DNA of 64,000 nt from positions 1 to 64,000 of the forward strand of contig CANJVR010000002.1 of assembly GCA_947478395.1 (NCBI GenBank), written 5' to 3'. Each line of letters begins with the position of its first letter. Position 1 is the first letter of the stretch. The stretch comes from Opitutia bacterium. GTDB taxonomy: Bacteria; Verrucomicrobiota; Verrucomicrobiia; Opitutales; Opitutaceae. Shown one piece after another: positions 40,871 through 50,985 of the stretch. The notes beneath the pieces are model-generated. The model worked only from the letters and a program-made list of their open reading frames with translations. It did not search any database and was not told the DNA's origin. The position numbers and the translations under genes are program-made.

Positions 40871-41022
40871 GGGGTGAGCGGCCAGCGTGGCCTCCGGTGC
40901 AAGGCAGGTAAACAAAAACGACACGTGTCGTGCGCTCCGCGTCACACGCCAGCCGTGATCGCATCGCCTACGCGGCGCACTCTCACCGTGAGCTGGAATG
41001 GTTTAACCAAATCGTAGCTGGC

Positions 41023-41098
41023 AACGACGTAGCGGCAGGCGTCCCTGCCTGCCGAAATACGGACGCCGAACGCTGCAAGCAGCGACGCCTGCCGCTAC
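41023..41098. repeat. REP doublet (family of 1-173)
   Basis: AACGACGTAGCGGCAGGCGTCCCTGCCTGCCG followed by the inverted GCAAGCAGCGACGCCTGCCGCTAC. Confidence 0.85.
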
Positions 41099-41128
41099 CC
41101 AAAACGGGCATGAAAAACTTGAACCGCT

Positions 41129-42379
41129 CTAAATATATTTGCTGATGTCTCGGTCGGCGGGCTTGAGGCGCGACTCAGGCATGATTTCGGGCTGAAGTTT
41201 CTCCGCCGAAAGTTGTTTTTGCTTGGAGCGGAAATCCTGCACCATCGCATCGAGCGCGCGGCCCATCCGCGCGACTTCGCCTTCGCCCGGTGGCTGCGGC
41301 ATCAGCGTCAGAATATCTCCCGCCCGGATTCGATCGGCGGCGGTGGCCACGGCCCGTAGACGTCGGGTTAACCGCGCTACCGTCCATCGCGTGGCCAACC
41401 CGAAAGCCAGCGCGAGCGCCAGGCCCCATTGCAGCAAGGTATTCCTCAAATCGGTAGCGGCATCGAAAATATCTGTCATCGGCTGGCGTGCGGCCACGAG
41501 CGCGTTGATGCCGCGCAGCCCACGGAAACCGCGCGTCGTGGCAAGTCCCGTCATGAAATCGCCTTCGCCCGGAATGATTTCTCGCATCGCCGCGCGCAAC
41601 GGTCGCCGGTTGCCGATCGGTGGCGGTCCGGGGGGGGCGCTGGCGTTGGCTGGACTTGAATCGAGGATGGGTTCGCCTCTCAGGTTGTAGAGTGTGATGC
41701 TGACACGATCGCGGCGCGCGGCTTCCGTGAGAACGCTCGCCATGTTGCCCCGGGCGGCCGCCCAGTTCCACTCTGCCGCGAGGACGCCGAGAAACCGCCC
41801 CTCCGCGCTCGTGACGGGCGCAGAAATCGTGACAAAGCGCGGCGTTTCACCCGCGAGGGGATAGTCGCGCGCGAGCTCGGGCACTTCGCGGGGCTCGCCA
41901 AAAAAAGCCTGGGTTCTGGCGCCGTTGAACCACGCTTGAGTTGAAACGCTTTCGGTTTCCCTGCGCCCCCCCGTGGCGGAGACGACTTTCGCATCGGCGG
42001 AGACGAAGCCGACCCACACGAGATCGGGCGACGAATCGAGCAGGGCCTCCAAGAGCCGCCGGCGGTCCGCGGCGGGCGTTGTAGGGTCGCGCAGCGGCGT
42101 GAGTGTTCCGGCAAAAATCAGCCCGCGAGCCTGCTCAAAAATTATGCGGTCGAGTTTGTCGCCGAGATGAAACGCCAGCGCCTCGAGTTCGGCCCCTCGC
42201 CGCTGCGTCAGCTTTTGCTGCAGTCGCGCGCCTGCGACCCAGCTGGCGGCCGAGACGAAGAATGTCCCGGCGACGACGACGATCAGCGCGGCCCGGGTTG
42301 CGAGGTTCTGGCGTGGATCGAAAGCCGAGGTCCACGAAAACTCGGACGCGGGAGCGGAAGGGCGGTCGGCTGGATCCAT
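41129..42379 (-). CDS. Membrane protein: TM-Cache-TM-HAMP, no output domain
   Basis: TM1; dCache-like WVGFV..ADAKV, WFNGA, ISAPV..GRFLGVL; TM2; HAMP LRAVATAADRIRAGD..GEVARMGRALDAM; short tail. Start moved to ATG 42379. Confidence 0.8.
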   Translation of the reverse strand: MDPADRPSAPASEFSWTSAFDPRQNLATRAALIVVVAGTFFVSAASWVAGARLQQKLTQRRGAELEALAFHLGDKLDRIIFEQARGLIFAGTLTPLRDPTTPAADRRRLLEALLDSSPDLVWVGFVSADAKVVSATGGRRETESVSTQAWFNGARTQAFFGEPREVPELARDYPLAGETPRFVTISAPVTSAEGRFLGVLAAEWNWAAARGNMASVLTEAARRDRVSITLYNLRGEPILDSSPANASAPPGPPPIGNRRPLRAAMREIIPGEGDFMTGLATTRGFRGLRGINALVAARQPMTDIFDAATDLRNTLLQWGLALALAFGLATRWTVARLTRRLRAVATAADRIRAGDILTLMPQPPGEGEVARMGRALDAMVQDFRSKQKQLSAEKLQPEIMPESRLKPADRDISKYI

Positions 42380-42447
42380 CGCGCGTAAGGACGCTTCCGC
42401 CGGGGAAAAAGATGCGAACCAACGCGCGCACCGCCCTCCGCCGTGCG

Positions 42448-43254
42448 TTACGCCAAGGTTTCGTTCACCACGGGATTCGTTAGCGCGCCGATCTTCTCGA
42501 TGTCGATCGTCACGATGTCGCCGGGCTTCAACCAGACGGGCGGATTGCGCGCGAAGCCCACGCCGTGGGGCGTGCCGGTGAGAATAACGGTGCCGGGGAG
42601 GAGGGTCTTGCTGCTGCTCAGGAACTCGATGATGGCCGGGACGTCGAAGATCATGTCGTCGGTATTCCAGTCCTGCATCGTCTCGCCATTGAGAATCGTG
42701 CGAATGCGCAGCGCATTTGGGTTGGGAATTTCGTCCCGGGTGACGAGCACGGGACCAAGCGGGCAGAACGTATCGAAGCCCTTGCCCTGGCACCACTGGC
42801 CGCCGCCGCCGTCGCGCTGCCAGTCGCGCGCTGATACGTCGTTGGCGCAGGTGTAGCCCAAAACGTAATCGAGCGCGTTGGCGCGGGAGACATTCTTGCA
42901 GCGCCGGCCGATGACCACCGCGAGTTCGCATTCGTAGTCCACCTTGGTGCTGGGAAGTTTCTGCGGAATTTCAATCGGGTCGCCGGGATTCTGGAGCGAT
43001 GCGGTGTTTTTGATAAAAAGCACCGGGTGGGGCGGGGTGGGGCTGTTGCTCTCGGCGGCGTGCTTTTTATAATTCAGGCCGATGCACGGGAGATTGGTGG
43101 GCACGATCGGCGCGAGCAACTTGCCGGGTTTCACCACCCGATCGGTCACACGGAAATCGCCGAGAATATCTCCGGTGATTTCGTGCGCGGACCCATCGGG
43201 TTGGAGCGCGGCGTAGGCGGGACCGGTTGGGGTAAGGTGACGGATGATTTTCAT
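42448..43254 (-). CDS. Fumarylacetoacetate hydrolase family protein
   Basis: CIGLNY..HA, VDYECELAVVIG, NDVSARDWQ, GKGFDTFCPLGP, ILTGTP.GVG. Confidence 0.93.
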   Translation of the reverse strand: MKIIRHLTPTGPAYAALQPDGSAHEITGDILGDFRVTDRVVKPGKLLAPIVPTNLPCIGLNYKKHAAESNSPTPPHPVLFIKNTASLQNPGDPIEIPQKLPSTKVDYECELAVVIGRRCKNVSRANALDYVLGYTCANDVSARDWQRDGGGGQWCQGKGFDTFCPLGPVLVTRDEIPNPNALRIRTILNGETMQDWNTDDMIFDVPAIIEFLSSSKTLLPGTVILTGTPHGVGFARNPPVWLKPGDIVTIDIEKIGALTNPVVNETLA

Positions 43255-43392
43255 GCGGAGGAGCTACTATCGATGCCGCTGAAATGCCGCGTGGCAAGAG
43301 GACGTTGCAGGCGATTCGTGGCCGCCAAACCAGCGCATTGAGGATCGCGCGCCCCACCAGCAACGGCGTTGTTTCGGCTTAGGACCCGCGAC

Positions 43393-45087
43393 TTACACGC
43401 GGAAGATCGCACCCAGCTTTTTGCCCAGGAGCAGACTCATGCCGACAATCGTCACGCCGAGAAACACCATGGCCCAGACGCCGAGCGCGCTCGCGATGAA
43501 CTTCCCGTCGCCGAGCAATTGGAAGAGTTCCATGATCGCCTTCGTGATCGGATAAAACACCTGCTTCTGCGCGAGGATCAGGGAGTCGCTCACTTCCAGC
43601 ATCGCGAACGCGAACGCGAGCAGGCCACCCGCGATCAAATTGGCGGCGATGAGCGGGAGCGTGATCTTGATGACGGACTTCAGCGGCGGGCAGCCTAGAT
43701 TCTGCGCGGCTTCCTCGAGCGTTTCACTCGTCTGTTGAAAACCGGCGGCGGCGGAGCGCACCACGTACGGAAGACGCCGCACGGAGTACGCGATGATCAA
43801 AAGAATCGTCGGGTCGCGCACCGGGTTGATGAACTCGAAGAACTTTCCTTCCTGCGACATGGCGAGATAGCCGAAGGCCAGCACGAGCCCGGGCACGGCC
43901 AGCGGTAGCATCGAGAGAAAATCGAGCACCTGACGCCCCATGAGTTTCGTGCGCACCACGACGTAGGCGATGGCGATGCCAAGCACGACGTCGACCACGG
44001 TGGAGATGCTCGCAAACTTCAGACTGTTCGCGATCGCGGGCACCGTGAGATCGTGTCCGAGGGCGATGCGGAAATTATCGAGCGTGTAATGATGCGGAAA
44101 AACGGTCGCGTACCAGTCGCTCGAAAACGCCACCAGCAGCACGCCGAGGTGTGGCAACACGGCCACAAACGTCACACCGGCAAACAGCGCGGTGCAGAAC
44201 CACGCCTGCGCCGCGGGTATCGCGCGCGGACCGCCGGAGCTGGTGGCCTTCGCCATCATCGCGTGACCGCCGCGGCCGAAAAGACCTTTGCCGACCGCGT
44301 ACAGCGTGACCGAACTCACGAGCATTACCGCCACCAGCGCGTAGGGGAATGGATTTCCTCCGATGTCCTTAAGTCCATAGTAAATCTGGACGCTCGTCAC
44401 TTGCGCGTAGTCGAAAATGAGCGGCGTACCGAGTTCGGTAAATGCCCAGATGAAAACAATGGTGCCGCCGGCGAAGAGGCCCGGATTGATCAGTGGCAGC
44501 GTGATCTTCCAGAAACGGCGGAAGCCCGTGCAGCCGAGGTTTTGCGCGGCCTCTTCCATTGCCGGGTCGATGTTGGCAAGGGCCGCCACGGCGTTGAGGT
44601 AAATGATCGGGTAGAGCGTGAGCGATTCGACGATGGCGACGCCCCAAAACTGATTCGCGGCGAACCAGTCGAACGTCCAGCCAGCAGGGCGGAGGTGGAG
44701 CTGGATCAGCAGCGCGTTGAGCGCTCCATATTGGCCAAAAATCTGTTTGATGCCGATCGCGCCGACGAACGGCGGAAGAATCATCGGAATCAGGACGAGG
44801 GAGCCGAAAATATTTTTTAGCGGAAACAGAAAGCGGTCGCTGATGAAGGCCAGCGGCAGCGCGATCAAAAGCGCGAGCGTCGTGGTGGCGCAGGCGAGGA
44901 GGAAGGAGTTGCGTAGTCCTCCGAGATAAGTCGGATCCGCGAGCAGCGCGGTCAGGTAAGCAAATGTGACGTGGCCATCGGCATCGACAAAGCCGCCCTT
45001 GAGGATTTGAAAAATCGGCCAAAGGAAAAACGCGGCGAAGAACGCGGCGGTAAGTCCGAAGACGAGACGCGCAAACGAAGTCGACAT
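43393..45087 (-). CDS. ABC transporter permease, FbpB/iron(III)-like (two fused TM modules)
   Basis: Two EEAAQNLG EAA loops, each followed by ITLPLI; ILPPFVGA; LAVPGLVL. Confidence 0.9.
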   Translation of the reverse strand: MSTSFARLVFGLTAAFFAAFFLWPIFQILKGGFVDADGHVTFAYLTALLADPTYLGGLRNSFLLACATTTLALLIALPLAFISDRFLFPLKNIFGSLVLIPMILPPFVGAIGIKQIFGQYGALNALLIQLHLRPAGWTFDWFAANQFWGVAIVESLTLYPIIYLNAVAALANIDPAMEEAAQNLGCTGFRRFWKITLPLINPGLFAGGTIVFIWAFTELGTPLIFDYAQVTSVQIYYGLKDIGGNPFPYALVAVMLVSSVTLYAVGKGLFGRGGHAMMAKATSSGGPRAIPAAQAWFCTALFAGVTFVAVLPHLGVLLVAFSSDWYATVFPHHYTLDNFRIALGHDLTVPAIANSLKFASISTVVDVVLGIAIAYVVVRTKLMGRQVLDFLSMLPLAVPGLVLAFGYLAMSQEGKFFEFINPVRDPTILLIIAYSVRRLPYVVRSAAAGFQQTSETLEEAAQNLGCPPLKSVIKITLPLIAANLIAGGLLAFAFAMLEVSDSLILAQKQVFYPITKAIMELFQLLGDGKFIASALGVWAMVFLGVTIVGMSLLLGKKLGAIFRV

Positions 45088-45256
45088 CTGGACCGGAGCT
45101 TGGCGATCGAGCCGAGCGAGCGGCAAGGCCGAAGTGGGGTACCGAAAAACGACGCGAGTGATGCCCGCTCTTGAGCGGGGTGCCTGTTCGGAGCGGGGTG
45201 CGTTGCAGCGGCTGCCCGAGCTTGCCTGGTCCGTTCCCGTCCCCAACTTCACCACC

Positions 45257-46201
45257 ATGCAAACCCCGTCATCGCTCCTCCGTTGCTGGTTTTTTGCGGC
45301 CATCCTCACCGCACCCCTGCTCGGCCAGATCAACACGGTTCAGACCGTTGTCCCTTCGGTCTATTTTCACGAAGGGGATCCGCGGCGCGGTCACAGCAAC
45401 AATGGCTGGATCGTTCTCGCCGATTTTGTCGTCGTGATTGATGCCAATTATCCGTCGGGCGCGCAGATCGTGATGCCGAAGGTGAAGGAAACGTCCGACA
45501 AGCCGGTCCGCCTCGTTTTCGATACGCATCACCATGCCGATCACGCCTACGGCAACAAACTCTGGGCCGACGCCGGAGCGCTCCTCGTGGCGAGTTCGGG
45601 GATGCTCGAGGAAATGAAGCTCGTCGATTCGGGCGCGTTCGGCGGAGCGCCCGGTCGCTGGGAGGCGGTCGCGGAAAAACGCCCGGACGTGGCCGCATCG
45701 AAGCTGAAGCCGCCCGTGATGCTTTTCCCGAAGGAGCTGGTGATCGACGACGGCCAGACGCGCATCGAGCTGCGGACGTTCGGCTGGGGGCACACGCGTG
45801 GCGATGCCTTTGCCTGGCTGCCGAAGGAGAAAATTCTTTTCACGGGCGACGCCTGTGTGAACGGCCCGCATAACAACGTGGCCGACGGGAATATTTCCGA
45901 GTGGATCAAGGTGCTCGAACTGGTGAAGCAGCTCGGCGCGGAAAAAGTGTGCCCGGGCCACGGTCCGATGGGCGGTCCTGAAATCATCGCGGACCAGCAA
46001 AGTTTCTTCATCGAACTGCAACGGGCGGTGCGGCCGCTGTGGGATCAGAAGAAGACGTCCGCCGACGTGAAAGCCGCGGCGAACGCGATTGGCGAGGAGC
46101 TGAAGAAAAATCCGCGCATCGCCCGCTACGTGGGCGGCGCGATCGGCTCGCAAGTGCAGAAAGTTTGGACGGAGTTCGGCGGCGAGCCGTTTCCGAAGTA
46201 G
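45257..46201 (+). CDS. Exported MBL-fold metallo-hydrolase (cyclase-like)
   Basis: SNNGWI, THHHADHAYGN, GHTRGD, LFTGD, PGHG; signal peptide. Confidence 0.85.
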   Translation: MQTPSSLLRCWFFAAILTAPLLGQINTVQTVVPSVYFHEGDPRRGHSNNGWIVLADFVVVIDANYPSGAQIVMPKVKETSDKPVRLVFDTHHHADHAYGNKLWADAGALLVASSGMLEEMKLVDSGAFGGAPGRWEAVAEKRPDVAASKLKPPVMLFPKELVIDDGQTRIELRTFGWGHTRGDAFAWLPKEKILFTGDACVNGPHNNVADGNISEWIKVLELVKQLGAEKVCPGHGPMGGPEIIADQQSFFIELQRAVRPLWDQKKTSADVKAAANAIGEELKKNPRIARYVGGAIGSQVQKVWTEFGGEPFPK

Positions 46202-46216
46202 AGCCGAGGTACGAAA

Positions 46217-46321
46217 CCCGGCCCGTCCTGCGGGCACCGCTTTCCTAGGGGGAAGTCAGACTCTATTGAGCCGTAGCTCATAAAATTATCCCCTCGAGAA
46301 GGGGGCCGAACGGTGGCCGGG
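46217..46321. repeat. Degenerate long inverted repeat
   Basis: CCCGGCC/GGCCGGG ends with inner AGGGGGA/TCCCCT arms; intergenic. Confidence 0.4.
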
Positions 46322-46446
46322 CAGCACGCCTAAGATGGACGCGGTCGTTTTTTGAAACGGCCGGAAATTCTTTGCAACCGTTGCATAACCGGACACGGGT
46401 CGAAGGCGGTAAACCGGCCGATATTTGGCTTTTACCTTTTTCACCC

Positions 46447-49149
46447 ATGAAATCGTTCCTTACTGCACAGTGCCGTCGCGCGCTCGTTGTGTTTTTGCTT
46501 ATGTTTGGCTCGCTCGCCCGGACCGCAGTGGCCGCCGATGCCCGCTATTCGCCGCCGGCTACACCCCGAGCGACGTATAATTTCAATCCAGGATGGAAGT
46601 TTTCGTTCGGCGACGCGACCGGTGCCGATCAGCCGGCGTTCGATGATGCGAAATGGGCCAACGTGAGTCTGCCGCACACGTGGAATGAGACCGACACGTT
46701 TCGCGCCTACATCAGCCACAGTGGCGGCGACCAAAGCGAAAAGATGTTCGGCATCGGCTGGTACCGGAAACATTTCAAGCTGCCCGCCAGCGCTGATGGT
46801 GGAAAAGTTTTCATCCAATTCGACGGCATGCGCCAAGCCGGCTGGTTCTTCGTCAATGGCCAGCCCGTCGGCAAATATGAAAACGGCATCACGGCTGTAG
46901 GCCTCGACGTCACTAACTTTGTGAAGTTCGGCGATCAGGACAACGTCCTCGCGGTGAAGGTGGACAACAGCCCGGGCTACAAAGAAGAGGCCACCGGCAC
47001 GCCGTTTTTGTGGAACGCGAAGGACTTCAACCCCAACTTCGGCGGGCTCAATCGCGACGCGACGCTGATCGTCGCCAGCAAAATTTATCAGACGCTGCCG
47101 CTCTTCGAAAACCTCAAGACGACGGGCGTTTATGTTTACTCGGACGCCATCGACCTGAAGCAGAAATCGGCGGAAGTGAAGGTGGAGTCCCAAGTCATCA
47201 ACGAGACCGGCGACTATGCGTCGATCACGCTTTCCGCCGTAATCGTCGATGCGGATGGCGTCGTGCGGGCGAAGTTAGAGGGCAACACGTCCGACCTCGT
47301 GGCGGGGCAGTCTGAAATTTTCACGGCGGCCGGCACGCTCGCCGGCGCGCGTTTTTGGGATGTGAAAGATCCTTATCTCTATCGCGTTTATTCGATGCTC
47401 AGTGTGAACGGAAAAGTCGTTGATGTGTGCGAGATCACGACGGGTTTCCGCCAGACTGAGTTCAAGGGTGGTGCCGGCACGGGCGGCGTTTGGCTGAACG
47501 GCCGTTTCGTCTGGCTCACCGGCTATGCGATCCGCTCGGCCAACGACTGGGCTGGTCTCGGTGGCGCGTATCCGGACTGGATGCACGACTTCACCCTGAA
47601 CATGGTGCGCGAAAGCAACGGCAATTTTATGCGCTGGATGCACGTCGCGCCGCAGCGGGCTGACTCTGATGCGTGTGATCGGCTCGGCATCGTGCAAGTG
47701 TGCCCCGCGGGCGATAAAGAGCGTATGGTCACGGGCCGCCAGTGGGACCAACGCGCCGAAGTGATGCGCGACACGATGATTTTCTACCGCAACAGTCCCA
47801 GTATCTTTTTCTGGGAGGCGGGGAACACCATCGTTTCGCCCGAGCAAATGATCCAGATGGTCGCGATGCGTAAGGAACTCGACCCGCACGGCGGCCGCGT
47901 CATGGGTACGCGCGACAACGATCTCGCCGACGCCAACAAGGCGCTGACGCCGATGTCGGAGTTTTACGGCGTGATGATCGGGCAGGCGCCGCAGACGGAT
48001 GCGATCAAGGGCGACGATATTTTCCGCGGGTACGCGATCAACCGCCGCGACAAGGCGCCGTTAATCGAGACCGAGGATTTTCGCGACGAAGCAGGACGTA
48101 ACGTCTGGGATGAATTTTCACCGCCGCATTTCGGCTTTAAGCCGAAGAGTGGCACGGGACGCGACGGGCGGCCCGTGGATAGCTGGCATTGGAACTCCGA
48201 GTCGTTCTGCCTCGCCGCCACCACGCGCTACGCGAGTTACGCCCGCAATCGCATCGATAATCCTGATCCCGCGCACTCCAAGTGGTCGGCCTATTGCTCG
48301 ATCTATTTTGCCGATTCCGACGCCGACGGGCGCCAGACCGGGAGCTATGTGCTGCGCGTGAGCGGCAAGGTCGACGGCGTACGTATTCCGAAGTCACTCT
48401 ACGATGTGTCACGCGTGATGCAGAACGAGCAGCCGGACATCCACATCATCGGTCACTGGAATTATCCTTCCGACACCAAGAAGACCACGTATGTCGCGGC
48501 GTCGAACTGCGAGCAGGTGGAACTCCTCCTCAACGGCAAGTCACTCGGCGTCCAGTCGAAGGTCTTTAAATTCGTCGATACGTTCGGTGGCCGGGGCCCG
48601 GGTTCGGAAGAACGGAATGCGGGCATTGACACCGGTTTCGTCTACGCCTTTCCCGACGTCGTCTTCGCGCCCGGCACGCTCAAGGCCGTTGCGAGTAGGG
48701 GTGGCAAAGTTGTTGCGCAACAGGAGCTGCAGACCGCCAGCGAGCCGAAGGCAATCAAGCTCACGCTTCGCACCGGTCCGAAAGGCTTGCAGGCCGACGG
48801 CAGCGATGTGGCGTTGATCGATTTCGAGGTCGTCGATGGCCAGGGCCGCCGTTGCCCGACCGATGAGGCGCGCGTGGATTTTGCGGTCTCGGGGCCGTTG
48901 GTCTGGCGCGGCGGATTCAACGCCGCGAAGCTCGACACGACGAACAACCTGTTCCTCGACACCGAGTGCGGGATCAACCGCGTGGCGGTGCGTTCGACGC
49001 TGACGGCGGGCGAGATCACGGTGACAGCGACGCGCGCCGGACTGACGCCCGCGACGGTTAAGATCCAATCGAAACCCGTGGAAATCGCGGGTGGCCTCGG
49101 CCGCGATCGTCCGCCGGTACCGTCGGGACCAGTAGCGATGGCGCGGTAA
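46447..49149 (+). CDS. Exported glycoside hydrolase family 2 with DUF4982-like C-terminal domains
   Basis: NFNPGWKF, VSLPHTWN, GWYRKHF, FDGMRQ, GGLNRD, GFRQTEF, RNSPSIFFWEAGN, GHWNY, VELLLNGKSLG, LQADGSD. Confidence 0.9.
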   Translation: MKSFLTAQCRRALVVFLLMFGSLARTAVAADARYSPPATPRATYNFNPGWKFSFGDATGADQPAFDDAKWANVSLPHTWNETDTFRAYISHSGGDQSEKMFGIGWYRKHFKLPASADGGKVFIQFDGMRQAGWFFVNGQPVGKYENGITAVGLDVTNFVKFGDQDNVLAVKVDNSPGYKEEATGTPFLWNAKDFNPNFGGLNRDATLIVASKIYQTLPLFENLKTTGVYVYSDAIDLKQKSAEVKVESQVINETGDYASITLSAVIVDADGVVRAKLEGNTSDLVAGQSEIFTAAGTLAGARFWDVKDPYLYRVYSMLSVNGKVVDVCEITTGFRQTEFKGGAGTGGVWLNGRFVWLTGYAIRSANDWAGLGGAYPDWMHDFTLNMVRESNGNFMRWMHVAPQRADSDACDRLGIVQVCPAGDKERMVTGRQWDQRAEVMRDTMIFYRNSPSIFFWEAGNTIVSPEQMIQMVAMRKELDPHGGRVMGTRDNDLADANKALTPMSEFYGVMIGQAPQTDAIKGDDIFRGYAINRRDKAPLIETEDFRDEAGRNVWDEFSPPHFGFKPKSGTGRDGRPVDSWHWNSESFCLAATTRYASYARNRIDNPDPAHSKWSAYCSIYFADSDADGRQTGSYVLRVSGKVDGVRIPKSLYDVSRVMQNEQPDIHIIGHWNYPSDTKKTTYVAASNCEQVELLLNGKSLGVQSKVFKFVDTFGGRGPGSEERNAGIDTGFVYAFPDVVFAPGTLKAVASRGGKVVAQQELQTASEPKAIKLTLRTGPKGLQADGSDVALIDFEVVDGQGRRCPTDEARVDFAVSGPLVWRGGFNAAKLDTTNNLFLDTECGINRVAVRSTLTAGEITVTATRAGLTPATVKIQSKPVEIAGGLGRDRPPVPSGPVAMAR

Positions 49150-49165
49150 TGCGGTAACGAGCACG

Positions 49166-49244
49166 GTGGGCGGGGTGCGCTCACCCCGCTGGGGCGCCGC
49201 CAGTTCGACAAGGCATTTGCGGGGTGAAGGCGCACCCCACCCAC
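49166..49244. repeat. REP-like doublet (GTGG family)
   Basis: GTGGGCGGGGTGCGCTCACCCCGC with the inverted GCGGGGTGAAGGCGCACCCCACCCAC. Confidence 0.75.
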
Positions 49245-49405
49245 AGCTCTCACGCGCGTGGTGGGCGAACGCCGTGGGTTCATCCTGGTGACGGGCATTG
49301 CCAGGTCGAAACCCCGTTTAGGAATCGACCGGGCCGAGGCACGGATTTGGCTTCGCGCGGAATTTGCGCTCGCCAGCCGCGCACTCCGAACCCCGAATCT
49401 TACGG

Positions 49406-50020
49406 GTGCCCCGCCTCCTTTTCTACACGCTCGTGGTCCTACTCGGTATTCTGAGCATGGGTTTTCAATTGCTCGCTTCGCGACTGCTCAATCCGCATTT
49501 CGGCTCTTCGCTCATCGTCTGGGCGTGGTTGATCTCGACGTTTCTCGCCGCCTTCAGTCTGGGCTCCATCGTGGGCGGCTGGATCAGCAACGCCCCGACG
49601 CCGCAGCGTGAACGCGCCCAGCTGGTCGGCGCCGTGCTCGCGGTCCTATCCTTGGCCTTCACGGCGTTTTTCGGCCGGTCTGTGCTCGATCAAATCGAGA
49701 TCGCATTCACCGAATTGACCACGGGGCTGCTGATCTCGTGTTTGGGCTTATTTTTCCTGCCGGTAACGATGTTGTCGTCATTTGGGCCGCAATGCGTGCA
49801 ACACCTCGCGGCCCTCGGGACACCGCCGGGCAAGGCCTCGGGGCTCGTCTACGGCGTAAGCACGCTCGGAAATATCGCGGGCGTGATGCTCACCGCCTTC
49901 GTGCTGATTCCGCATCTGCCGGTGTCGACATTGCTCTACCTCTGGCTGGGCGTCGCGGTGCTCAGCTTGGGCGCTCTCATCGTCATCCTGCGTGCGCGTT
50001 CGAGGCTCCCTTCTTCATGA
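49406..50020 (+). CDS. Membrane half of the 'fused MFS/spermidine synthase' family
   Basis: About 6 TM segments; SRLLNPHFGSSLIVW..IS.FL.A.SLG..GG; G..SG.VY.VSTLG.I.G...T.FVLIP. Confidence 0.8.
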   Translation: MPRLLFYTLVVLLGILSMGFQLLASRLLNPHFGSSLIVWAWLISTFLAAFSLGSIVGGWISNAPTPQRERAQLVGAVLAVLSLAFTAFFGRSVLDQIEIAFTELTTGLLISCLGLFFLPVTMLSSFGPQCVQHLAALGTPPGKASGLVYGVSTLGNIAGVMLTAFVLIPHLPVSTLLYLWLGVAVLSLGALIVILRARSRLPSS

Positions 50021-50943
50021 AAAAACTGTTCGTTCTCACGCTGATTTCGCTCGGGTTAGCATCGCCGGCTTGGTCGGCCGCGTCGGCCATCGCGCCCGAC
50101 TACACGGAAAGCTACGACACGCCGTACAACAATCTCACCGTGCAGAAAATCGGTTCCGTCGTTGAACTGCGCGCCCGTTCGCGCGCCGCGGAATATCTGG
50201 AGTCGGCCGTTGATCTCAGCGATCCGCTCCGACTCGTCGTACCGTATACTCGTTCGCTGTTTGGCGCGGTTTTTCTCGAACCGAAACCGAAGGCCGTGCT
50301 CATGATTGGTCTCGGCGGCGCCGGATTTCACCGCGTGTTCTCCCATGGCTTTCCGGGGGCGTTGCTGCAGACGGTCGAGCTTGATCCGAAGGTCTTCGAA
50401 CTGTGTCAGTCCCGGCTGAATTTTCTGCCAACGGATAAGACGCCCGTGGCGACCATGGACGGCCGCCTCTACGTGAAACGTTCCAAGCAAATGTGGGACT
50501 GGCTCATCCTCGACGCATTTCGCGCCGGGTTTGTCCCGCCGCATCTGAAGACGCAGGAATTCTACCGCGAATGCGCGGCGCACATGAGCGACCGCGGGGT
50601 ATTCGTGACCAATCTTCATGCCACGACCGAGCTCTACGCGTCGGATCTGAAAACCATTCAGTCGGTATTTCCGCAGGTGATCCTGTTTCAGACGCCGGGC
50701 CGCGGCAACGTGATCGCGTGTGCGGTCAAATACACCACACCGTCGATCAGCGATCCCGCCAAATGGGCGGCGGTGGCAGAGCTTAACCCGATGCTGGCCT
50801 CACGGGTGAATTTCAAGGAACTGGCGGATGAGAAGACCGATGTCCCGGTTAATACCGGACGTATCGCCCGCGTGTTGACGGACGATTTTTCGCCCGTCGA
50901 GTTTCTCGATGCGATGAAGGTGAACAACACGAAGGCGCATTGA
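50017..50943 (+). CDS. Spermidine-synthase-like SAM-binding enzyme with its own signal peptide
   Basis: MKKLFVLTLISLGLASPAWSA; VLMIGLGGAG; VELDPKV; DGRLYV; ILDAF; PPHLKTQEFY; LTDDFSPVE. ATGA overlap with the upstream gene. Confidence 0.82.
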   Translation: MKKLFVLTLISLGLASPAWSAASAIAPDYTESYDTPYNNLTVQKIGSVVELRARSRAAEYLESAVDLSDPLRLVVPYTRSLFGAVFLEPKPKAVLMIGLGGAGFHRVFSHGFPGALLQTVELDPKVFELCQSRLNFLPTDKTPVATMDGRLYVKRSKQMWDWLILDAFRAGFVPPHLKTQEFYRECAAHMSDRGVFVTNLHATTELYASDLKTIQSVFPQVILFQTPGRGNVIACAVKYTTPSISDPAKWAAVAELNPMLASRVNFKELADEKTDVPVNTGRIARVLTDDFSPVEFLDAMKVNNTKAH

Positions 50944-50985
50944 AACGCGTTTGGCTTCACCGAAATTTTATCCAAATTATTCCCC

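Noticed and set aside
45257..46201. Class B beta-lactamase resistance gene
   Set aside because: Has HxHxDH plus a bridging Asp (FTGD), typical of general MBL-fold hydrolases, not the B1 Cys pattern.
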